Part shown: positions 20,054 to 30,634 of the stretch, one piece after another | Position numbering within the stretch: the first letter of the stretch is position 1 | How the letters are laid out: every line of letters begins with the position of its first letter | DNA from: a phage | Reading direction: 5' to 3' (one strand) | DNA length: 64,000 bases | NCBI GenBank assembly: GCA_026066175.1 | Contig: GCA_026066175.1_4721.1 | The notes under the pieces: generated by a model | What the model saw: the letters and a program-made list of their open reading frames with translations, nothing else | Database searches by the model: none | What the model was told of the DNA's origin: nothing | Made by a program: the position numbers and the translations under genes

Positions 20054-23000
20054 ATGGTAGATAAAACCCGTGTTGAGGGTGATGATAATTGGGATAACTG
20101 GGATGATGACTTCTCCCTGGATCTCGATTTTAACGAACCCAAAGACGATCGTAAACCGATAACACGCTTTGCGGTAGGCGCGGTTAAAGGTGCTGCTGAG
20201 GATCTTACTTCCTACGAAAGAATGAAGGAGATCGCCAGAAACGCATTACCTAAGGGTTATAGCGACGGTATGGATCTTATCGATTCCGCCGTCGGATCCA
20301 CGAAGGAACTATACAATGAAGCCGTTCGTGACATTCTTCCGAAGGTACAAAGCTCAAAACGGTTAGCCGCACAACTGACGAAAAAATACCGTGCGAGCAT
20401 GCCCGATTTCTCGAAGAAAATCATCGAGCGTTGGGAGCAGGAAGCCAAGGAAGAAGACGAACGTAAGCAGGCGGAAGCCGATCTCAAACAACGCATGGCG
20501 AATGCAGGTGATGAAGAAATCGCTCGCAAGGTCGCTGAAGCGTTAGGCGAAGCGGCTAACCAGAACGCGGATCAGTTTGCGGAACAACAAGCAAAAGAAA
20601 GTATCCGTGACGATATTGCTGATAAACGTTATAATGTCACCAACAAACAGATGAGCGCGATGCAGGAAGGCATCGCCAAGATGGTTGGTTTCAATAACGA
20701 ATTCGCCGCACGCTATATGCGTAAAAGCCTGGAACTGAAATACCGTTCTTTGGCGATACAACGCGCGAGTTTCGATCAGCATAAAAAGTTAGCCGAAGTC
20801 TATATCGGTTTATTACAGAACATCCAAAAGAACACAGCTTTACCGGATGCGGCTAAAGCAAAAATGTCGGAAGAATTTCGTCGTACGGCGTACCAACGTT
20901 TCTTTGGTAACGCATTGAATGCGATGAGTTCTTTCGAGAACCGTTTCTTTGCTGATGTTAAGAAAAACCTTGCAACCAATGCACTGGGTGCGTTAAAAGG
21001 TGTTGCGTCTGGTGCGCACGACGCCCTCTCTGGTTTAAACGAAGCACGTGACTCGATGTCCATGATGGACGGCATGGGGTCAGAAGGCGATATTAAGGAA
21101 ATGCAAGGGAAGATGTTGGGTCAGTTAATCGGCTCAACCGTTGCACCATGGATGGCTAATAAAGGCATGACGGCATTGCGGGATTTAGCAAAACGCCATC
21201 CTAACGCTAAATTCGCCAACGCGTTAAAAGCGGTCGATCAAGGCGGTGAAGCTGCCGCTTATACAACGCGTAACGTCGGGAAACTGCTGCAAGAAGATAT
21301 TCGTAAAAACGAATTCAACCTCAGCGATCCTTTCTACAAACAGTTCCTCCGTGGAGCTGGACGTTGGGCCTTCAATCTGGACGGCGGTCGTAACTTCCGT
21401 GTAATGAACGACACCGCAGAGACATTAGCCGAACAAACGTCTTTCGATGGTTTAACCTATCGTAGCATCAACGAGGTCATTCCTGGATTTCTTGCTCGGA
21501 TACTGAAAAGCACTGAAGGTATCCGTACCGGTGAAAGCGATCCTGATTACGAGGTCTATGATGGCATCAGTGGGCAATTCGTTGCTCAGCGTACCCGCGA
21601 GCAAGGCGTAACCGACACGCTCTTTAACAAACGCTCGTTCGGTTATTACGCCGGTCGTTTTAATGAAGTTATCTCGGTTATCGATCCTGATAAACAGCTG
21701 TCAGAAAAGGCAAGGAAAGCCTTGGCTAAACAGCTGGCACGCGACAGCGATGCGAACATGGCTTTCGATCCTGCTCGATATACCGACGAAAGTAACTTTG
21801 ATCGCAGCATCGATAGAGACGCCATTAAAGAACTTTCTGCGTATTTCAAAGATCGTTACGGTATTCGTGATGATGTTGATGATGAAGGTAACCGTCAGCA
21901 GGTTATTGAAAACCGTGGGCAGTACTACACGGAACGTAACCGCGCTGACCTGCGGTACGGTAATCTGAAATCATTACAGCCGGATATCCAACGCAACCTT
22001 AACCTTCTGAAGCGTACCGGTGATATTCAATACCTGGAACGTATCGGGATCGTAACAAGAAACAGCGATGGCAGTTATTCGGTTAATCACGATCGTTACT
22101 TCTCTGAAATCGATCGATACATCGACCGACCGGAATATGCTGACCGCGGCGATGTTAACACGCGACTCAGTGCCCAACAGACCAGGGCGTTAGCGTTAGG
22201 CTATCGTGATGACGTTGCATCAAACACTGACGTACAAAATCGTGCGTTACCAAACCTTGATCGAACAACGGTCGGGACGGTAAACATCGATGAGAACATC
22301 GGGTACGAGAAATGGTGGAACGACGCGGGTGTTATCACCACATCGCTTGAAGACCAAAATCGCGCATGGCAAGAACTCTATCTTGAAGCGCTTCAGGAAG
22401 CTTCACATCAGCGTGAAACAATGCTGGAACTTCTGAAAGCGATCTCAGAAAAAGAATGGGGTGGTAACGGCATTGGACTCCAGGGCGAACCTGGCGGGGA
22501 AGAAAGTGATGATCGCTCTATGTTAAGTCGGATCTCCGACTTAACACTGGGTAAAGCCGGTAGCTATGCCTGGAAAGGTGCGAAAGGGGCTACCAAGTTC
22601 GGATGGAAATGGGGTCGAAAAGCGGCAACATGGGGCGCGAAACGTACATGGGGAAGCTTCGTAAACTCAGCGCGTCGAATTATCAACTTCAACCGTTTTG
22701 TGTTTGGCGCATTATCTAAGGTCGATCAAGTTCCGTTTGACATTTACGTTAAAGGTGAAGATCGTCCACGTATCTTAGCTGCGAAACTTCGTCAAGGTCT
22801 TTATTTCGATGAAGCCACCGGCAAAGCCGTCAAACGGATGAAGGATATTAAAGGTCCGTTAGTTGATGCTGATGGCAATATCGTCATCAGCGCTGAAGAT
22901 ATCGAGAAGGGCTTGATTACGCGTGCTGGACGCGCCTTCGAAAACTCCGGTTTGAAAGCATGGGCACGTGAAGGTATTAACGGTATCACCACGGTCTTAA

Positions 23001-26000
23001 GTTTACCAAGACTTTTAAAGCGTGGTGCTACGGAGCTGTACAAGCATTTCGATAAAACACCTGATGTATACGTGGCCGGTGAATCCACCCCACGTTTGCT
23101 TTCTCTGGTGATGGCAGCTGGCGGTTATTTCCGTAAGTCCGATGGGAAAGTCATCAAGCATCTGGAAGACATCGACGGTGATGTGGTTGACGCACAAGGA
23201 AACGTCATCCTGACCCACGCTGATATGCAGAAAGGGTTGGTCGATAAATACGGTAAGAAGATACGTCGCCTGAAAGAAAAGCTGATCAACTTCGGTGTGA
23301 AAGCTTTCACCTTACCGTTAACCTTATTGCGTAAGACAAAAGACATCCTGAAGAATCTCCCCACGAAAGCCATGAACGGGTTGCGTCGTATGGGCCTGAA
23401 CTTCCGTTTACCGGAAGAGGTGCTTATCGGTACAACCGCAGGCATGGTGGATCGTCTTGACGCTATTTATCAGCTTCTTGATAAACGCATGCCGGGTGGA
23501 GATAAGGATTATCGTGATTGGAACGGTGACGGTGTCCGTGAAGGATCGCTTGAAGATCTGAAACGTAAACGCGCTGAGAAAGAAGGAGAAAAAGGAGAAG
23601 GTACAGGTAAAGGATCCGGGAAAGGAGAAGAGAAGGAGAAGAAAAAAGGAATTCTTGGGAGCCTTTTCGACATGCTTGGTGACACCGCACTTGGTAAACG
23701 TTTAATGGCGAGTCCGCTTGGAAAGATTCTGGGTGGCCTTGGATCCATTCTCAGTGGTGGTGCATCATTAACGGGGTTACTCGGGAAAGGTTTGCTTAAA
23801 GGCTCAGGCGCACTCCTCAGAGGGGGTTTAAGTGCTGCGGGTTGGTTAGGGCGCGGTGCTCTGATGGCGGGCGGTGCTGCGCTTAATGCGGTAGGAGGAT
23901 TATCCGGGCTTGGTGCTGCGCTTATCTCCCCGGTTGGGTTAGCGATTGCCGGTGGGGCATTAGCGGTATACGTAGGCTGGAAGATCTATCAGCATTATGC
24001 TGAGAAACCTGACCCGATGCAGAAGCTTCGTCTTATTGCATACGGTGCAAAAGGGGATGACAAGGACTTCAACAAGAAGTTATTACAAACTGAAACCTAC
24101 CTTACCGACCATGTGGTCATGACGGGAGATACCATCGGATTCAATCCAAAAGCGGATTCTGAAAAGATTCTTGAAATCTGGGAACTGTCATTGGAAGATA
24201 CCGACCGGATGAATGAATGGAAGCGCTGGTATCTGCATCGCTTTATCCCCGTTTTCGCTCGTGCGTATAAGCTCTGGAAAGAGCATATGCCGGACGAGAA
24301 GAAGTACATGGAGATGGACGACTACCCCAACGGTGAGAACAAGGTCAAATGGTCGGAAGCCTTCATCTGGCCATCGGACAGTCCAGACAGCCCGTACTAT
24401 GTTGAAGCTAACCCGTTAGGTTCGGCTGGCGCAACGTTATACATCGCAGGGCAAGATGTTAAAAAGCTCATGGAGAGCCAACTGGAAGTCATCAGGAAAG
24501 AATATCAAAACCAGATCAAGAAATACACGCACGATGAAGCGATTAAAGACTGGTCGAAGATGTCTGACGCTCAGCGTAAATCTGTTGCACCTAACGCGTT
24601 ACGTGGTCAGAAAGCCTCTTTACGTTTCAACGACAAACGTTATAACAGTGCGGGTGTTAAAGGTCGTCAGAAACTGGACGCTACCGCGGTTGTTGAAAGC
24701 GTGGATCGTCGCGGTAAGAAATGGATGGCCGGTGGGTATATTGATGAACTTACCAGTTTGCGTATCCGTGCGTATGGGTTAGAGGTTCCGCTGTTAAGCC
24801 AAATCAAGGTATTGATGGAACTGGAAGACGCGGTTGAACCTGGCGTTGTTGCTGAAGGTAAAGGCGTCAAATACGGCGGTAATCTCGCGGAGCTGTATAA
24901 GAAGTTCGCGTCTAAGTTCGGTCGGGATGTCAACGGCAAACAAGACCAGAACATCTGGTTCGCCTGGATGAACAACCGTTTCTTGCCGGTCTTCTTAACG
25001 TACTATCAGCAAGTTGGCGAGATGGGCGGACAAGGGCTGTTATCAGATGTTGTACAGAATCTGAAAGACAGCCAGCGTTGGGAAATCGGTGAGGCGTTGG
25101 TTGCTGCGCAATACAAGGATGAGAAGGGTGCGCTACAGCCGGTATGGTCGTGGAACAGTTGTGGTTTCTCTGGCACCAAAGCAAACATGTCCAGCAGTTC
25201 AACCAAGAGCCAACTCGATCTGTTAAAAGAATACGCAGATAAAGAGAAGGTTCGTGAGAAGAACGCTGAAGCATCGCAGGAGGATGAAGATAAATTATCG
25301 AAAATCCAAGAGCAGTTGATGAAGCAAGCGGGATATGAGAAGAAGGACGGTGTTTGGCAGAAGAAATCACGTATCACGGGTGGGATGAGCAACGCGGAGG
25401 CGAACTACAATCCGAACCGTAACGAGGTTGGCAGAAGTAGCTTTACTGCTTCAGCAACCTCCAGCGCAGGTTTGGGTAGTGGTGGACCGGATATCACCGG
25501 GTTACCGAACATGGGACTGAAGAAACCCGCATCAGGTCCTGGTCCAGAAGCGGGTCGTCGTGCGGCAATTAAATCAGCGGTGAAGCACGGTATTACCGAT
25601 CCGATGGAAATGGCGATGTTCTTATCGAACCTCGAACATGAATCCGGTAACTACAGGTATGTCCGCGAACTTAACTACACAAAACCCGAAAGTCTGAAGA
25701 AAGCGTTCAACCGGAAATTCAGGGATGAACAAGACGCTGCGCAGACCATCAGCATGGGTCCAGAGGCTGTATTCGAACGTGTTTATGGCATGCGTAAGGA
25801 CCTGGGAAATACCCAGAAAGGTGACGGAGCGAAATATCTGGGGCGTAGTTATATCCAGGTTACAGGCAAAGCCAACTACGCACGATTGTCGAAGATCCTG
25901 AATAAAGATCTGGTTAGCGATCCATCGTATTTGGAAACCCCAGAAGGTGCAGCCGAAGGGAGTGTTGCATGGTGGCTTAACAGGGGTAACGTATTACGTG

Positions 26001-26725
26001 ATCCTGCAAAGCGTGGCGATGTGCGCCAGGTTCGTTATCTGGTTAACGGAGGATATAATGGGCTACGCGATGTTGAGCAACGTTCAGCGTATTGGATTCA
26101 AGCTGCTAAAAGCGGCACGTTGAAGAAAATGATGGATGAGGTTGCGGGTGCAACCTCGGACGATCAAGCTGAAGGTCCGTCTACCGCCAGCCAAGTGAAG
26201 AACGAGGAGGCGCAAGAAACCAACAGCACGCCAACGTCAAGCAACGATCCGCAAGCACCGACGGCGACCACGACGCCTGAAGTCAAACCATCAGCGGCCT
26301 CCGGCACTGCACCCGCACCCGGAACGGCAACACCGACACCAGGAAGTTTCGATACCGCAAAAGCTGCTGCTGGACAACCAGCATCAACACCAGCACCTAG
26401 CGATTTACCGTCAAACCCTGGTGCAAATCGAGGAATTTCAGTTCCAAATACACCCGCGCAGGTTGCGCAGTCCGCAACACAAACATCGGCAGCAAGTGAA
26501 AACTTCTACGGTAGTGCAGGTGAGATTCTTCGTCAGCAGTTGACCGTGCAACAAAACATCGAGAAGAACACCGGTAAGACCAACGAACTTATCTCAGAAT
26601 TGATCCAGGCTGTTAAAGGGTCAACGATCGGTAAAGGTTCGACAGGATCTTCTCAACAACAGACGATGTCGCTACCTAATCGTCCGCAAGGGATCTCTCC
26701 AACACGGACAAGGTACGCGCAGTAG
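20054..26725 (+). CDS. giant virion-associated protein (~2220 aa) with C-terminal GH19-type muralytic (lysozyme/chitinase-like) domain
   Basis: ORF track 20024..26725 trimmed to ATG with GGAGG SD. Region ~25560-26060 encodes AMFLSNLEHESGNYRY...YLGRSYIQVTGKANY...VAWWLNRGN, matching GH19 endolysin signatures. Also has tandem ~108 aa internal repeats (~22738-23390), a KE-rich tract and a ~110 aa Gly-rich segment (~23650-23990). Architecture is analogous to the phiKZ giant tail protein with a C-terminal lytic domain. Confidence 0.75.
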   Translation: MVDKTRVEGDDNWDNWDDDFSLDLDFNEPKDDRKPITRFAVGAVKGAAEDLTSYERMKEIARNALPKGYSDGMDLIDSAVGSTKELYNEAVRDILPKVQSSKRLAAQLTKKYRASMPDFSKKIIERWEQEAKEEDERKQAEADLKQRMANAGDEEIARKVAEALGEAANQNADQFAEQQAKESIRDDIADKRYNVTNKQMSAMQEGIAKMVGFNNEFAARYMRKSLELKYRSLAIQRASFDQHKKLAEVYIGLLQNIQKNTALPDAAKAKMSEEFRRTAYQRFFGNALNAMSSFENRFFADVKKNLATNALGALKGVASGAHDALSGLNEARDSMSMMDGMGSEGDIKEMQGKMLGQLIGSTVAPWMANKGMTALRDLAKRHPNAKFANALKAVDQGGEAAAYTTRNVGKLLQEDIRKNEFNLSDPFYKQFLRGAGRWAFNLDGGRNFRVMNDTAETLAEQTSFDGLTYRSINEVIPGFLARILKSTEGIRTGESDPDYEVYDGISGQFVAQRTREQGVTDTLFNKRSFGYYAGRFNEVISVIDPDKQLSEKARKALAKQLARDSDANMAFDPARYTDESNFDRSIDRDAIKELSAYFKDRYGIRDDVDDEGNRQQVIENRGQYYTERNRADLRYGNLKSLQPDIQRNLNLLKRTGDIQYLERIGIVTRNSDGSYSVNHDRYFSEIDRYIDRPEYADRGDVNTRLSAQQTRALALGYRDDVASNTDVQNRALPNLDRTTVGTVNIDENIGYEKWWNDAGVITTSLEDQNRAWQELYLEALQEASHQRETMLELLKAISEKEWGGNGIGLQGEPGGEESDDRSMLSRISDLTLGKAGSYAWKGAKGATKFGWKWGRKAATWGAKRTWGSFVNSARRIINFNRFVFGALSKVDQVPFDIYVKGEDRPRILAAKLRQGLYFDEATGKAVKRMKDIKGPLVDADGNIVISAEDIEKGLITRAGRAFENSGLKAWAREGINGITTVLSLPRLLKRGATELYKHFDKTPDVYVAGESTPRLLSLVMAAGGYFRKSDGKVIKHLEDIDGDVVDAQGNVILTHADMQKGLVDKYGKKIRRLKEKLINFGVKAFTLPLTLLRKTKDILKNLPTKAMNGLRRMGLNFRLPEEVLIGTTAGMVDRLDAIYQLLDKRMPGGDKDYRDWNGDGVREGSLEDLKRKRAEKEGEKGEGTGKGSGKGEEKEKKKGILGSLFDMLGDTALGKRLMASPLGKILGGLGSILSGGASLTGLLGKGLLKGSGALLRGGLSAAGWLGRGALMAGGAALNAVGGLSGLGAALISPVGLAIAGGALAVYVGWKIYQHYAEKPDPMQKLRLIAYGAKGDDKDFNKKLLQTETYLTDHVVMTGDTIGFNPKADSEKILEIWELSLEDTDRMNEWKRWYLHRFIPVFARAYKLWKEHMPDEKKYMEMDDYPNGENKVKWSEAFIWPSDSPDSPYYVEANPLGSAGATLYIAGQDVKKLMESQLEVIRKEYQNQIKKYTHDEAIKDWSKMSDAQRKSVAPNALRGQKASLRFNDKRYNSAGVKGRQKLDATAVVESVDRRGKKWMAGGYIDELTSLRIRAYGLEVPLLSQIKVLMELEDAVEPGVVAEGKGVKYGGNLAELYKKFASKFGRDVNGKQDQNIWFAWMNNRFLPVFLTYYQQVGEMGGQGLLSDVVQNLKDSQRWEIGEALVAAQYKDEKGALQPVWSWNSCGFSGTKANMSSSSTKSQLDLLKEYADKEKVREKNAEASQEDEDKLSKIQEQLMKQAGYEKKDGVWQKKSRITGGMSNAEANYNPNRNEVGRSSFTASATSSAGLGSGGPDITGLPNMGLKKPASGPGPEAGRRAAIKSAVKHGITDPMEMAMFLSNLEHESGNYRYVRELNYTKPESLKKAFNRKFRDEQDAAQTISMGPEAVFERVYGMRKDLGNTQKGDGAKYLGRSYIQVTGKANYARLSKILNKDLVSDPSYLETPEGAAEGSVAWWLNRGNVLRDPAKRGDVRQVRYLVNGGYNGLRDVEQRSAYWIQAAKSGTLKKMMDEVAGATSDDQAEGPSTASQVKNEEAQETNSTPTSSNDPQAPTATTTPEVKPSAASGTAPAPGTATPTPGSFDTAKAAAGQPASTPAPSDLPSNPGANRGISVPNTPAQVAQSATQTSAASENFYGSAGEILRQQLTVQQNIEKNTGKTNELISELIQAVKGSTIGKGSTGSSQQQTMSLPNRPQGISPTRTRYAQ

Positions 26726-26735
26726 TCATTAGTTC

Positions 26736-26756
26736 GGGGTGGGGAATCCCCACCCC
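26736..26756. terminator. hairpin terminator GGGGTGGGG-AAT-CCCCACCCC
   Basis: Perfect 9-bp stem, 3-nt loop, 10 nt after the stop of the giant gene. Confidence 0.5.
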
Positions 26757-26775
26757 CCTTCTTGAGGAATGGTAC

Positions 26776-28917
26776 ATGGGTATTCTTGTTCAAAACGCCC
26801 TCATCACAAAACAAGCCTTTTTATTACCCGGTGACAGCAGCACGCTTAGTGCTGACATGATTAAAGCGAGACATACACCCTATTCCTACGATAACGTCGA
26901 TGATACAACACTGGGTGGGAACTGGGTACTTAACCCGCCACCGCAATATACGAAATTTGCTGATATCAAAGAACGACGGCGTGCAGTTATGCCTGGATCA
27001 ACAGGTATGGGACGTGGGTACAGTGAAAGCATCAACAGCTTTAAAGAAGTTGTTACATTACGATTCGGTAAACCACGTTTTACAGGTGCGAGTATCTTCT
27101 TTACTGATTTCTACGACGCCGATGTTGCGGTCACCGTGAAAACCGGTCGTGACCCAGGTATTCTTTATTACGCCGCCAAAGCGTATACCACCGTGCTTTC
27201 TTATCTCACACCGTTACCTTATATCTACATGCTGGGTCGTATCGGCCGATACTTCATGGGCAAACCAACCAGTCAGTACTACTATCAAGTACCGACCATG
27301 CATGTATACTGGTCCTCGTTCCAGACGTTGGTTAACCAAGCAGCAATAAACATGGGTATCGTTGCGGGGATGGGTAAGGACAAAGGGTATGTCGAGGAAG
27401 GCGGTACCGTACTCCACCAATTCTCGATTGGTGGTCAGGATGTTGAAGAATTCATCAACTACGCTTCTAAAACGCTCCCAGGCATTTATAAGAAAGGCGG
27501 TGGGATCGATATCTATCAAATTGCAACACGTCGCCAACGCATACAGAACGCATGGGTTCGACGTATTCAATCCATGATGGAGAACGATTACGCGTCTTAC
27601 GAGGAATTCTGGAACGATCTTGATAAACGACTCGATAGCGGAGCATTTCCATCGGACGTTACCGGCCGTACGCTAACACAGTACCTTGCTGATACACAGA
27701 AGTCTGCCGTTTACAGTGCTGCAGCAGGTGATAACAAACAGACGATGGACGACCTGTTATTCGGCAGGGCTTCCTACAGCAACAAAGATGCTGATGCTAA
27801 CTTCAATATCTCTGCTGCCACCTCCGACGGCGGTACGTCAGCACAAAGTCAGGGTACGACAGCTAACGTCGGTAATTCAACATCGGGGACAACGCAAGCT
27901 TCAACCGCAGCATCAACGGCTGGAGGTGCGAACGTACAGAGCAAAGGCATCGGGCAAACGAATGCGGCTGAAGAAGCGACGTTCCTTGATCTGATGGATG
28001 CCGAACTGGCCGATGGTGCTCAGTTTATCAGTTTTCGGGTCGATTCTGTAACCAGTGTAACCGAAACATTCTCAAACAGCGCTTCGGAAAGTTCAATCGC
28101 ACAAACGATGAACAGCAAAGCGCAGGCGAACATCGAACGACGTTTTACGTTGTCTGGCGGTCAAACCGGCTGGGCTATGCTGGACGCGGCGATAAAGGGT
28201 GTGTCGGATACCATCAACGGTGCTATTTCAGGAATGGGTTTGGATGGTATCTTTGGTGCCTTCATGGGTTCTGGCTTCGCAGACATTCCAAAGTTCTATT
28301 CTGGGTCATCGGTAAGCCTTCCACGTGCAGATCTGACAATGGAATTACGTTCCTGGAGTGGAGATCGTTGGTCGATCTTTACGAACCTCATGGTACCGCT
28401 TTTAGCGATCCTTGCAGGCGGTTTACCGCAGTCTACCGGTAAATCGTCTTACGGGATGCCATTCATGTGCGAGTGTTATATTCCTGGTAAGGTCCAGATT
28501 AAAATGGGTCTTATTGATAATATCACAGTTACACGCCATGTCGGGAACGTGCCGTCAACACGTGAACGCTTACCGTTAGGTATTGATGTCAGTTTCAGTG
28601 TGTATGACCTGTCGTCGATCGTTGCAATGCCGATCACCACCACAGCAGCATCATTAGCAAAATTGGATCCTCGTGGCTTCTTAAGTGATCTTCTTGCTGA
28701 TGATACGCCGCTGAACAACTATCTTGCTGTGTTATCGGCGTTGACGCTTACCGAACAGGTTTACATGATCCCAGATTTAAGTCGTCGTATGCATAAGACC
28801 ATGGCTGATATCGATAGTTTCTGGAGCAAAGGTAATTTTGCTAACTGGTTATCGGACACCATGCCTGGCAGGATAGCATCAGGGCTGTTATGGAAACGTA
28901 CCGAACGACCGTTCTGA
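26776..28917 (+). CDS. hypothetical protein (713 aa), probable virion protein by context
   Basis: Long ORF directly downstream of the giant virion protein gene; Ser/Thr/Ala-rich central region; no motif recognised. Confidence 0.6.
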   Translation: MGILVQNALITKQAFLLPGDSSTLSADMIKARHTPYSYDNVDDTTLGGNWVLNPPPQYTKFADIKERRRAVMPGSTGMGRGYSESINSFKEVVTLRFGKPRFTGASIFFTDFYDADVAVTVKTGRDPGILYYAAKAYTTVLSYLTPLPYIYMLGRIGRYFMGKPTSQYYYQVPTMHVYWSSFQTLVNQAAINMGIVAGMGKDKGYVEEGGTVLHQFSIGGQDVEEFINYASKTLPGIYKKGGGIDIYQIATRRQRIQNAWVRRIQSMMENDYASYEEFWNDLDKRLDSGAFPSDVTGRTLTQYLADTQKSAVYSAAAGDNKQTMDDLLFGRASYSNKDADANFNISAATSDGGTSAQSQGTTANVGNSTSGTTQASTAASTAGGANVQSKGIGQTNAAEEATFLDLMDAELADGAQFISFRVDSVTSVTETFSNSASESSIAQTMNSKAQANIERRFTLSGGQTGWAMLDAAIKGVSDTINGAISGMGLDGIFGAFMGSGFADIPKFYSGSSVSLPRADLTMELRSWSGDRWSIFTNLMVPLLAILAGGLPQSTGKSSYGMPFMCECYIPGKVQIKMGLIDNITVTRHVGNVPSTRERLPLGIDVSFSVYDLSSIVAMPITTTAASLAKLDPRGFLSDLLADDTPLNNYLAVLSALTLTEQVYMIPDLSRRMHKTMADIDSFWSKGNFANWLSDTMPGRIASGLLWKRTERPF

Positions 28918-28931
28918 TATTCGCTGCATAG

Positions 28932-28967
28932 AGCCCTCCTCCTTCCCTTCCGGGTTGGAGGAGGGCT
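28932..28967. terminator. GC-rich hairpin (AGCCCTCCTCC-TTCCCTTCCGGGTT-GGAGGAGGGCT), bidirectional terminator candidate
   Basis: 11-bp inverted repeat between convergent genes 26776..28917 (+) and 28972..30039 (-). Confidence 0.6.
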
Positions 28968-28971
28968 TATG

Positions 28972-30039
28972 TTAACCTAACGTCACCGTCGGTAAATCAG
29001 GATAAAGTTTCTTCAAGCCTGCCATCGTGGTGGTAGTTGTATAATTCTTACCCATCACAGCAAGAGATGCGTATTTCCTACTGCGGGAGAAAAGAGAATA
29101 GAACCCACTGGATGTTTCCATCCACATCGTGAGACGTTCTGCATCCTTACCGTGATAGTTCGTTTTACCCCATCCCGGTTTAAACGCATCAGCAAAATCA
29201 ATTAAACGTGACGCTTCAGCGTCGTATTCTTTAAGGGTGATGTACGACGGTATACGGTAGTTGCGAAATAGCAAAGTGATGAGTTCAGGGACCACACTAC
29301 GTGCGCGTTCAGCCGTAATGAGTTCGGTAATAACGGCAGCTGTACGGAAATCACCGTTCTGACCAACGCTACTTAATGACTCTGCTAAAGTGGTTGCCAT
29401 CGCCACTTTATCTTCCGCTGATCCTGAATCATACAAACTACGCACGTCGATATAGTTGCCCGCTAATGCAGCTTGACGAATCAACGACGTAACAACAGTT
29501 TGGTTCGTCTTGTAGTCGTTATAGCTGAACGACGTACGTTCCTTTCCTTGGTCAGAAAGATACTTATCAACGATCGTAGACAGTTTGTAATACTCATCGC
29601 CAGACATCAGACTGTCGAGAAGTTTTACATTACCCTCTTTATCGATAAGCTTCCCTAGCGCACCATTAGACTGTTGGTTGATGGTGCTGTAAATCTGATC
29701 TTTGACTTGCGATAAGATGTTATCCGTTGATGTGATATTCAAGCCGGTAACATCTTTGATCTTATTCATTAACGCGTTTTCATTCAGCGAGATTTTACCG
29801 CCGCTGATGTCAATAAAGGAGTTAAGATCGCTGATGGAAATCAGGTTTCCTGTTAACGCCGATAATGTACTGTTGATGCTATTCGTAATACTGCTACGAA
29901 AACTGGTTAATGCGTCTGCTGCTGAAACAGCGGTACCGCTAACCGCTTTAAGGAGCGTATCACGCCCGGTTGAAAAATCGCTGGTGATGGTTTTGATCTT
30001 GGACGTATCTATACTCGGCAGTTTGTCGTAAAGACTCAT
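28972..30039 (-). CDS. hypothetical protein (Ser/Thr-rich)
   Basis: ORF track 28972..30090 trimmed to ATG (MSLYDKLP...) with AGGAGG SD. Confidence 0.6.
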   Translation of the reverse strand: MSLYDKLPSIDTSKIKTITSDFSTGRDTLLKAVSGTAVSAADALTSFRSSITNSINSTLSALTGNLISISDLNSFIDISGGKISLNENALMNKIKDVTGLNITSTDNILSQVKDQIYSTINQQSNGALGKLIDKEGNVKLLDSLMSGDEYYKLSTIVDKYLSDQGKERTSFSYNDYKTNQTVVTSLIRQAALAGNYIDVRSLYDSGSAEDKVAMATTLAESLSSVGQNGDFRTAAVITELITAERARSVVPELITLLFRNYRIPSYITLKEYDAEASRLIDFADAFKPGWGKTNYHGKDAERLTMWMETSSGFYSLFSRSRKYASLAVMGKNYTTTTTMAGLKKLYPDLPTVTLG

Positions 30040-30121
30040 CACGTCCTCCTGAAAAAGAAAAAAGAAATACGGCATAAAGCCTACCCACACAATGGTGGGT
30101 AGGCTAAGATCAACATCGATG

Positions 30122-30634
30122 TTAAACTTCTTCGTTTTCTGAACCTAATGATTCAGCATCTGGATCGTCAACAGGAACGGTTGCATCAAAATACCGCTTC
30201 GTATGCGTGGTTGTGTACCCTACGCTATCCGTAATGGAAATCGTAAACGTCACTTCCCTTGCACGTATTAAACGCAACTTGTTCATGAAGTTCCGAAAAG
30301 GCATGGATCCACGATTCAACTCCTTGATGACGTTTCCTCGAATGCTGGAAATGTCTTTATTCGTTTTATCGGGATGCCGTTTCTTCACGTCACGCATATG
30401 TCGGGTGATATACGAATTGAGCTGATTTGCGCCGATCCCTCTCTCCGTATAAATCTGCAACAAGAACTCCGTCAGGAAATCCTGTCTACCCGTAGGCGTC
30501 CAGAAGTTGTTACCGTGGTTATAGTTAGTCGCTCGTCCTCGATTACTTTGAGGATTTTCATCATCGCTTTCGTCACGACGCTTAAGCGGATTAATGCGTG
30601 CGCGAAAAGAGACTTCGTTATATTTATCTATCAT
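30122..30634 (-). CDS. hypothetical basic protein
   Basis: ORF track 30122..30679 trimmed to the ATG that overlaps the upstream stop (ATGA), implying translational coupling. Confidence 0.55.
   Translation of the reverse strand: MIDKYNEVSFRARINPLKRRDESDDENPQSNRGRATNYNHGNNFWTPTGRQDFLTEFLLQIYTERGIGANQLNSYITRHMRDVKKRHPDKTNKDISSIRGNVIKELNRGSMPFRNFMNKLRLIRAREVTFTISITDSVGYTTTHTKRYFDATVPVDDPDAESLGSENEEV

Noticed and set aside
20257-25392. Multiple minus-strand ORFs (62-146 aa) inside the giant plus-strand gene
   Set aside because: Antisense ORFs within a single long, well-supported coding frame; products are low-complexity (Ser/Pro/Arg-rich).
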